From Paraglomus brasilianum (lineage: Eukaryota), in the NCBI GenBank assembly GCA_910592345.1, contig CAJVPI010000037.1, forward strand, positions 52,500 to 72,499: DNA of 20,000 bases. Direction: 5' to 3'. The position numbers and the translations under genes were made by a program. Of this stretch, positions 11,684 through 20,000 are shown one piece after another (the first letter of the stretch is position 1; the number at the start of each line of letters is the position of its first letter). The notes beneath the pieces are model-generated. The model searched no databases and had not been told where the DNA came from. It saw nothing but the letters and a program-made list of their open reading frames with translations.

Positions 11684-13320
11684 TCATTCAAGTTCCATAT
11701 CTGCGGGTAACCTCAGCACATCGCGAACAGTTTTTCCTTCTGTCCGTAGCACCTCACGATCCATTTCTTTCAATAATGCTTCTTGATTAGTCATCTCGGC
11801 CTGGTGGAAAACCAAGATTTGTTTGTAAAAAGAAGCATTTGAATATCAAAAATTGCCACATGTTTTAACCTAAAACTTACATGAAAGATGGACATCATTC
11901 GCAGAATGGCATTATACTTGCCACGACTACTGAACGTAAATGGCAGAACAGCCGTGGCGAGTTCAGTTGCAAGGAAGCGGCCATCTTCGAGCATATTCAT
12001 AGCATACAAGGTCATACGCGTCTCTGAAAGAGGGGAAAGAATGAGCAATCTAATAATATACATGATTCTGTATTCAGTCTCTTTATTAACAAAATTACAC
12101 ACCAATTACTTGAGTCGTGAAAACTTTCAAACGTGTTCCCAACTCAACTTTGCAGTCCAGATGGTCACGAAGAAGCATTACAAGGTTGAATATGTCAGTT
12201 CTGATTGTCTTTTTAGAGTCCCCGCAAGCGTGACGAGATGTGGAATTCCACGGTGGACCCGCTACTTCCATATGCCACACCTCACGATTATCTGAGAAGC
12301 GGGTACCCTTTGCGTCTAACTTTACGATGCCAGAATTTGATGAGGTCTTCATAATTTTTGGTGCACGGGCATGTGACTCTATCCACTCGAAAGACATTGT
12401 TGCAAAAGTTGTCTCGTAATATTTAAACAAGGGAGCGATATGATATGTAATGACGTGCGTTCACCGATATTCCTCGGCCTCGATGGACTGATGTCCACAA
12501 GATAGAAACTGTTATTTTTAAACACTTATAAGTATGTCACCTTATATTGTTGGCAGACTTTCAGCACAACTAGCAAAAAAAAACTAAAAGAAACCTACAA
12601 ATCAAGAAGCCAGCTGCCTTCCCACTGTCTCCTCGAGCTGCTGGATGGTCATGCCAAAAGCACAAATTAAAGGCAGCTTGTCTGTGAATCTGAGAGACAT
12701 GTACAATGGAAGGTTGAGTATCCATATTAATATTCAACATAGAATGCAAAACAATGCAACATAATGATGTACCGTTGGACGTTCTCATTCTCAAGTGGCC
12801 TTTTGTGAGGAGTTGTTAGTAGCACTTCTGTGGCCAACGGAATTGGGGGTGGTGTTGTCTCCCGTGATTTCTGTGCACTTTCATGGCAAAGTGGCCCGTG
12901 GTCTTCTTGAACTGTAGTTTCCACATTCTGTGAATAATTCTATGAATTGAAAGGTCAATTCAAGCTTGATAAAACAGAAATAGATAACAAATCAAATGAC
13001 AGTAGCACTTACAGCAGCAAATTTACGACCTCAGAATATTTAAGGTCTTGCGATTCAAAGATCTGCTTGATCTCAGGTCGCCTTTCAAATATTGTCTTGA
13101 TAGATGTAAAAAGTTTAAACGCTTTCCTGCGGGCGGCTTGAAGAGCGTTTGGGTCGTCAGCAATCATTCGTAACTTTTGCGTTATATGATCTTCTATTTC
13201 CGTTGCGCTTTCGCTGGAGAATTCGATATTCTCTGACAGATATCTCAGAATGTCCTCGACGTTCCATTTTGAATGGTTAACCGTTTGCAAATAATGTGCG
13301 ATCTCTTTTTCGAAATCCAT
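11684..13320 (-). pseudogene. Intron-containing PD-(D/E)xK nuclease-fold gene of a Glomeromycota-type uncharacterised family, probably pseudogenised
   Basis: N-terminus MDFEKEIAHYL.. (13320-~13025), TPPP/TPHKR linker (12924-12775), C-terminal domain ..FEWIESH..KLDAKG..D.REVWHMEVAGPP..GDSKK.. followed by clean spliced exons 12023-11881 and 11800-11684. The middle has in-frame stops at 12727, 12667, 12649 and 12595 and an apparent frameshift near 12452. Exon structure in 12500-12770 is ambiguous. Confidence 0.72.
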
Positions 13321-13416
13321 CTGTAAAATGTATATATTAGTAGAGAACACATTGGTTAGAGATATCTCAAAATGTAACGCCCCCCTCAAAGAGAAACTAA
13401 ATCTGAGTGAACTGGC

Positions 13417-13764
13417 TTGACATAGTGCTTTCTGGTAAATACTGGAAGGAGTATGCTACAGTGAGGATGTTTGTCGCAGGACAAACATGCGTCAAAGAGG
13501 GTATCCTCGCAATATCTACCAAGCATCGGCTGCATGGGGTCATCGCAAAACATTATTGTTTAGCTCGGCCAATGCAGAGGTAGGAAACACTATGTCCAAT
13601 ATACTAAAGACAAGACGGAGAGGTATGCTACAGTGAGGATGTTTGTCGCAGGACAAACATGCGTCAAAGAGGGTACTCTCGCACTCTTGTCTCTAAACAG
13701 CGAGCCGCAGGGGTCATCACTAAGCATGAATGCCTAGCTGTGCCATACGGTAAGCCGGATATTG
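13417..13764 (-). ncRNA. Tandem pair of ~172-nt structured RNA-like units of unknown class
   Basis: Identical 53-nt cores at 13451-13503 and 13623-13675. The flanking helices differ in sequence between copies but both pair. Several apparent A-C mismatches on + are G-U pairs on -. Expression is not shown. Confidence 0.65.
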
Positions 13765-13982
13765 TGTGCCGCCAGAAATAATCAGAGTTTTTTAACTTTC
13801 CTTCGTATACTGGTCGTGTACGTGAAGCCAGGAATGCGTCACACGGAAATGAACGCGAATTTTTTGACCATTACACAATCAGAATAATCTTGCCGATCAG
13901 TCGACCGCTGCTCCAAATATCGACATCACAATCTTTCTCGACAAAGCGACGCACAAATGAATCTGATGCGATGAGCTGTTAG

Positions 13983-14283
13983 TTTAAAAACATAAGGCAA
14001 TTTTCTCTTGGGTTTCATGGTGGATTTAATGTAAATTAGTTTCATATTAATATTTTTTATATAGAGGTAGTCCTATATTAATCACATTATGGTTTATATT
14101 TTTCACATTCTGGTATGATAAAGTGAAAATTAAAATTAAGTTATGAATGCACCATTATTGCTTTTCAAAAACGCCATCAGTCACACCTGGTCAATTTTAC
14201 AGCCACATCATAATCAGCAACTCATTTATGTCACATAATAAGATGTTCACTTTGTCTGGTTTTGTTGCAGTCTGCCCCAATTA
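13983..14283 (+). repeat. Unclassified dispersed element, copy 2 of 3
   Basis: Colinear similarity to 10434-10783 with indels. Same right boundary TGCAGTCTGCCCCAATTA (14266-14283). Confidence 0.8.
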
Positions 14284-14325
14284 ATTATCCAATAATTTTG
14301 CTTCATGGTTTTCGTCATTTTGCTG

Positions 14326-14577
14326 CAGTACAAGAAGTACGGAAGAAGAAGAAGAAAGAAAAGAGGGAGAAGAAACCATAAGCAATACGGTTGTTTTGGA
14401 TAGCATCAAAATATAAGTGGACAGTAATCTCGAGAATGAATGACCTAAAACATCAAATTGGAAGAAAGCGAAATGCATGATTATTATTGCTTATTAAATA
14501 AAAGGGGGGGTTTATTTAAAAATTACGAAATTCGATAAGTCGGATCTCTCGATAAGTCGGACAAAATCTCCGGCCCT
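14326..14577 (+). mobile_element. Truncated remnant of a second pogo/Tigger-like element (acidic tail relic plus subterminal repeats)
   Basis: Decayed acidic ORF STEEEEERKEGEETISNTVVLDSIK, followed by TCGATAAGTCGGA x2 (14532-14544, 14549-14561) and CAAAATCTCCGGCCC. This layout resembles pogo-type subterminal regions. No terminal TIR found. Confidence 0.5.
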
Positions 14578-14599
14578 GCCCATATGCAAGCCTTATCAT

Positions 14600-17020
14600 A
14601 TGCACAAATGACGACTGCCGAGAAATCATGCCAATTTAATCATGTGATAAACATCAGGATGCTGATTAATTGTGTAGTACCAGGTTTAAACAGATCGAGG
14701 CTCTTTCATATGAATTTCTAGCTGCGCCCTGCAGGATGGATACAATAAATGTCTGAATGGATATTTTTTCTAAATAAGGGTTGAGAATAACTGAGCATAC
14801 GCAATGTGTACAAAATTCCCAAGACCTTTTTGGAATTACAAGACATGAAAACGGGTTCGATCAACCATTGCATATGCGATCATTTGGTTTCGCTCTATGT
14901 TTTATGGCAGCCAGTACTGGAAAGATCTGTCCGGACACAAAAAGTTGTTTCTGGAATGCAACATAGCTTTCTCATACTTGTTGTCAGGTGTAACATGAAA
15001 ACCACGCCCAACGAATTGATCATCGGATGATTCGCACGGTCATAATTACCCGCATTCTCCCAGTATTGTTTGCTCCCTTTTAGAAGTTATGCAACTGTAA
15101 ATATATATGACAATACAATCAATTTGGTTGGGCCGCTATATTGATTAATTGATTACTAATCCTTTCTTTAGGACGCTCACCGAGTTTTCTAAATCCGAAT
15201 CTCAACTGAACATGAACATGCTCATTTATAGCTTATGCTGCAAAATGTTGTTTGCAATGACCCCCCAATAATGACATAATATGGCCATTAGAGTCGAAAA
15301 CGTTGCAGTGCAACAGTATATAAGATAATATTTTTTAAATGAATCTGAAGAACTAATAACGTCCACAGATATGTTGGGTATTATAAAATTAAGCCACGCA
15401 ATTGACGCATTTGGTTGCGCTTACTAAAAACAATTTTTTTCTCCTTTGACCTTGAAACAGTATTAATTTGGTTTAGTGGATATTATTTCATTCCTTGTTT
15501 TGAACCAGTTAATAGGATCTCGCCGAAGGCTAGAATTCATCGAGTATTTGACAATCAGTATAACATGGGAGGCAATCATTTCACTCGAAGTTATCCTTTT
15601 TAGGTAGTCGGTGAAATGATACGGACCCGTATAATATAATTATTAAAAAGATAGCGGATTAATTCGCAGCTGGTTTTAATCAGGCTAGGAAATTAGCTAC
15701 AAATACTACACTTGGCCCATACCATGATAATTGATGCAAACTCTTAGTCAAGCTAATGTCGCGAAAGATGGGAGAATATTATCTCATCCAATTACGAAAC
15801 AATCCAGAGGTCACGCCTACTATAAAAGTTATTGTGAAATGTGAAGTTCTAATTTATAAAAATGGCGACAAAGTATTAGTTATATGTAATGCTTCCGGTA
15901 AAAGACGCGGCAATATACGACAATTGATATACTCTTATTCGAAATTTCCTATCTCCTGATAGTAACTTCTTCATTGGCGCCTGTGGCAAGGTTTACCATC
16001 TCGCTATCAATCTTGCTAAGGATGGTTTAAACAATACACGTTTGGGCCATTGTCTGTAGTGAGGGATTCTTCAGTATTTTGAACGCTTCCAACTGTGCCT
16101 TTATCTAACAACTAAAATAACGAAAACAGTCGATTTGGTAGAATATTTCGATTAATCGCAATTTACCTATAATTATTATTTCATCGTCTACATTATGATT
16201 GAAGCCTAGCTGGAATTGATTTCCGATGTACTTTTGGTCTCTTTCTAACACGCACATGGAATCCAGTCGCTTTTTGGTAAGCCAGCTAAAGACCGTTCTT
16301 ATTTTCAACCCACCAAAAAGTAAAACTGCAAATTCAGTCTCGTGTGCTTCATAATTTAAATAATGAGATTCAACAGGTTTACATAATTTGGTTCGTTTTG
16401 GAGACATTTCCTTGCGTTTAACCATGCCGAGGCAATATCCGTTGAACGTTAATTATTTTTGACTTAAAGTTATGTCCTGTTTATTTATTTGCGTTGGCTT
16501 TTTTTAGCCATCCCATATTTGCCGTGTCTGCTCCAACGCCAGTAAACGTTAACCTCTTTTTTTCTGAGAAACGATTCAACATAAGCGTCGACATGACGCA
16601 ATATTTGAATGTGACGTCAATTGAATGTCTAGCTTACGAAACGCAACGTCTGCTATTTTCCAAGACTATGGTTAACATTGTTGAGATTGAATATTTCTGT
16701 ATATTGTATGCAGCGTTGGGATGTTAACTTGCTTCAGAAATCAATAAATATCGTTGAAACAATACATCATAAAAGCAAATCTGTCAACTTTCACCAATAA
16801 CATTCTGCTTACGTATTCCTGTTTGGAGTATTGGCTTCATTCTCGGCCTATTGCTAAATGGCATAATTGCAATGGTCGGCTTAATAATATGAGCCTTAAT
16901 TCAAACGATGAAGTTACAACCCATAACCAGATATCGAACGATTTGAGACGAATCCAAAATTTTAACCATTGTTGCATCTACAATAAGAAATTTTTATCTT
17001 GGTTCATCCTAAGGTGGCAT
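14600..17020 (-). pseudogene. Possible heavily decayed coding relic(s) of unidentified family
   Basis: Protein-like minus-strand stretches broken by stops and frameshifts (ORF 16105-16425; YRQWPKRVLFKPSLARLIARW; YQEIGNFE*EYINCRILPRLLPEALH; AFQKQLFVSGQIFPVLAAIKH). No motif recognised and boundaries are approximate. Confidence 0.3.
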
Positions 17021-17035
17021 TAATGCTCGTTTATT

Positions 17036-17202
17036 TTGATAAATTTCACAAGTGATTTTTTCTTATCTAGATACTCCTCAAGGATTTGGTATCATTGATT
17101 TAAACATGAACATTTTTTTCATATCATTTTTAATCCTATAATGTCATCAGTCACTTTTGGTTTTTATCAAATGTTCGGCTTTGTTGCAGTCTGCCCCATT
17201 TA
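17036..17202 (+). repeat. Unclassified dispersed element, copy 3 of 3 (internally deleted)
   Basis: 17036-17105 matches 10368-10443. Ends TTTGTTGCAGTCTGCCCCATTTA like copies 1 and 2. Confidence 0.78.
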
Positions 17203-17421
17203 ATATTTATTAAAAATCGTTTAACTATCATCAGCTTATTTGACTGTGATATAGCATTTATTTTTATCGACAAATATTTATTACTCTACATATATAATCG
17301 TATTTGTACTTGTATTAATAGAGATTTTGTTTTTTGGTGCGAAAAGTTTCCATGTAATGTGAAGTATATATATAAGTAGTCGTCCAACAGTAGGCGGTGG
17401 TGGGGTGGGAGGATGCCAAGC

Positions 17422-17685
17422 CCGATAGAGGCTGAGATCTCTCGTGAGAGATTTAGGCAAGAGATATATGAAAGAGACCGATATTGAGGCTGAGACCTCG
17501 TGAGAGATTTATAATAAAATTGAGTGAAGATGATCAGCAGAAAATCGGACCATAATTTTAAAAGTCTTAGTTAGCGCGGATGCGATTTAGCGTTAGTGCA
17601 AAGCAAAAAGGGGAAAAAGTTGTAATGTGTGAAAGATGTGAGAATCACAAGGCCTAATGCGGCAATATGTGAGAATCACGAGGCC
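17422..17685. repeat. Two pairs of short direct repeats at and downstream of the 3' end of the La-motif gene
   Basis: CCGATA..GAGGCTGAGA..CTCGTGAGAGATTTA at 17422-17455 and 17478-17511. ATGTGAGAATCAC(A/G)AGGCC at 17636-17654 and 17667-17685. Confidence 0.75.
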
Positions 17686-19819
17686 CGTTGGATCTGAAAG
17701 AGAGGTTAACAAACAGGAAAGAATTCAAGTTAGTGAGCTTTATATTGTTGTTGATTAGCACAGAATTGCCAATTTACCTGCTTCGATAATAACCAAAAGT
17801 CCCAGCCCTCTCTCTTTCTGACTTTATCCCCATTGACTTCCAATATATGACTATAAAGCAAAGCCTACGTGTACATATACGTTACTTAGTAGACGTACGA
17901 TTATTATTGTTGCTGACTGTTTTTCACTGAAATACCTCACGAACGAGAGCCTCATCTGTCGTCAGATTCTTTACTCTATTGAATCCCGCTAATAACGATA
18001 CATCGACGTATCCTTCTAAATCCATCTATCAGGAGAATGTCACAGTTATTATTAGTAGGTTATAACCATCAACTAGCCGATGTTAAAACAATACAAGCAG
18101 CAGCAACAGCATGACGATCAAAATAACACTCGTGACTCATACATTATTCCGTAAGAATATATCTTTACAAAGGTTCTCTATGCTGAAATAATATTCCCTA
18201 CAAAACACCGATAAAGTCGCTCATTAATATAATCTTAGTCTTCCATTGTCATTTACCATTCCGCTCTCCAAAACCAACGAAGAAAGTTCTAAACACAAGC
18301 GCATAGTTAAATACAAACAAACTCGAACATCGGCTGTACAATAACAACAGCAAACATAGAATACTAAATTCATTATCCTTACACTTGTTGGACAATGTAG
18401 TATTTCAACACATCAACATCAATCACGACAGGCATTTTGGCGTTGGGAAAGACACTGTATGTCTGAGTATACCCGGGAGAATAGATAGCGCTAGCGGAGC
18501 GCGGTGGGCCACGGGATCCGTATGAACGGCCTATTAATTAATGTATAAGCAAATAGATGAGAAACAAGCGCTTATTAAGAAACTACATTGTTTAGCCTAC
18601 TTGTATCACAACATCCTATCTCACTAGATAACAAGCACTCGATACACTCTAATTTAATCCATTACATGACAAAAAAATAATAACCAACCTCGACCAGTTC
18701 TCCGACCACGATACATATTATTATTGACATGGCCAGAAACTTGCCCATTTCCGTCCGAATTATGCATATATCTCCTGCCATACTGTCCGCTCGCGGGTGG
18801 TGGTACTGAGGCTCGTCTTCTATGACCTGTCGTTGTACCATGTCCATGCCCATTTCCATTTCCGTTCCCTTCTCTACTGTTCCCTTCTCTTCCATTCTCT
18901 CTTCCGCTCTCTCGTCCACTGCTTTCTCCTCCTTCTCCTCTTCCTCTTCGTCCCTCTCTATCCCAGCCTCTTCCTTCCTTTCCCTCTTTATCCCATCTAC
19001 CCTCTCGACCATCTCGGCCATTAACATCGTCATATTGTGAATATCTATCACGTCTATTGTGCGAAAGTGTGATTGTATCTTCGCTACGGCGTCGATGCTT
19101 GTATCCGTGATGGTGATTGGGAAGCGGAGTTGTATGAGTAATCGTTGCTGGAATTGGAATCCATTTGCCTTTGCCTAGTGATGGGGTAATTGGAAAAGGA
19201 GTGTAAATGTGAGAAATTTGTGCAAGTAATAGGAATTTTGTAGTTGTCGCCCAGTAAGAATGTCGGTAAGAATGTCGGTAAGAATGTCGGGAGCACGCTT
19301 GTAGATGTAATTGTAGCAATTGCAGCAGTTGCCCGTCAGTAAAGTTTGTGTCGTTATTATAACTTTTATCATTGTTATTGCACCTGCTGCTGCGCGTGAA
19401 CTACCTGCAATCACCACCTCTATATAGCGTACGTCCGCACTGTTTAGCGCATTCTCCTATTGTTATATGAAATTACCTTCACCTCCTAAACTCCGATTCC
19501 ATCTATTAGTTCTTTCTTGACACCTTTTTTCCCATAAATTCTCAATCTATCTCGATTTCGTTATATGGCCTAATCCTATCTTTTCCTTCTCATCTCCCCT
19601 CATTCACGCTGTCTACTGTAAACTCACCCCTTTTCGGACTGCTCCCTTCCTCTTTCTTTCCGGTATCATTCTTTTTCTCCGCTTGCTCACTTGCTTCTTT
19701 TGCTTTATCTTTAATCAATACCTCAGCCGGGGCAGGCCAACTAGTTTGATCCTCTAACGGTGGTAATATAGGAGCTGGTTTTGATTTTTTAGAGTTTTTC
19801 TTGGGGAATCGTTTTGTTT
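17676..19819 (-). CDS. La-motif RNA-binding protein, LARP1/Sro9/Slf1-like; 5' end lies beyond the window
   Basis: Phase-consistent exons 19819-19628, 19174-18689, 18530-18383, 18197-18143, 18025-17936, 17864-17778 and tentatively 17693-17676. La motif IVQQVEYYFSIENLCKDIFLRNNMDLEGYVDVSLLAGFNRVKNLT..VRKREGWDFW. LARP1-type LEDQTSWP and KGKWIPIP motifs, RG-rich disordered region. Confidence 0.9.
19254..19289. repeat. Intronic 12-bp tandem repeat (GTAAGAATGTCG)x3
   Basis: Three exact copies inside the 19627-19175 intron. This explains the repeated peptides in spurious overlapping ORFs. Confidence 0.9.
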
Positions 19820-20000
19820 CTGTTGTCGGATGGATATTTATGGCCACAATAGAAATTAGAAAAAGGGAGAAAAAGTGACAAGATGAGAACAAAATCCAGA
19901 AAGCGACGGTTGAATGACATTTCTTGTATGCCATATAAACACAAAACGCTACGACATATAGCCGATAAGCGTTATTTGCTTATGTGAAACGTAAGCCAAC

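Noticed and set aside
13417..13599. Hammerhead ribozyme reading of unit 1 (minus strand CCGAUGC..stem..GAAA)
   Set aside because: The core deviates from CUGANGA at essential positions, the NUH-to-stem-I spacing is wrong, and unit 2 lacks the motif.
13451..13675. CRISPR-like array
   Set aside because: There are only two repeats, the intervening sequences are themselves homologous and structured, the context is eukaryotic, and there are no cas genes.
13530..13750. Box C/D or H/ACA snoRNA, K-turn or SECIS (GTGATGA on the minus strand at 13714-13720)
   Set aside because: There is no matching box D, no H box in the hinge, and no conserved tandem GA partner in both copies. The position is 5' of the gene rather than in a 3' UTR.
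8086..13864. Shared 13-mer AACGCGAATTTTT at 8086-8098 and 13852-13864
   Set aside because: It could be a promoter motif, but it is AT-rich, occurs only twice and has no extended flanking homology.
18662..19417. Overlapping alternative-frame ORFs in the La-motif gene
   Set aside because: Products of purine-rich low-complexity sequence and an intronic 12-bp repeat.
6791..19819. Bin3/MePCE plus La protein as a 7SK- or telomerase-type functional cluster
   Set aside because: The MePCE/Bmc1 partner is LARP7/Pof8 (La-RRM/xRRM). This gene is LARP1/Sro9-like with a C-terminal La motif and no xRRM.

Overview
Eukaryotic, intron-rich fungal DNA. Short GT-AG introns and the accessory gene families suggest an early-diverging fungus, probably Glomeromycotina/Mucoromycota (inference). 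The left part (0.7-7.9 kb) is a housekeeping block: a 7-exon group II PLP-dependent decarboxylase (GAD/CSAD-like), the trifunctional folate gene FOL1 (DHNA-DHNA-HPPK-DHPS) and, head-to-head with it, a 5-exon Bin3/MePCE-family RNA methyltransferase. The right end holds a 5'-partial La-motif (LARP1/Sro9-like) gene. Between them (~8.1-17.2 kb) is an accessory island. It contains two decayed PD-(D/E)xK (Crinkler/CR-REase-like) genes, a complete pogo/Tigger-type non-autonomous transposon, a second pogo remnant, and three co-oriented degenerate copies of an unclassified element ending in TGCAGTCTGCCCCA. The most striking unexplained signal is a tandem pair of ~172-nt units at 13417-13764. They share an identical 53-nt core, while their flanking stems differ completely in sequence but keep base pairing. 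G-U wobbles point to a minus-strand RNA lying directly upstream of, and co-oriented with, one of the nuclease-like genes. All calls come from reading the sequence; no searches or folding programs were run.
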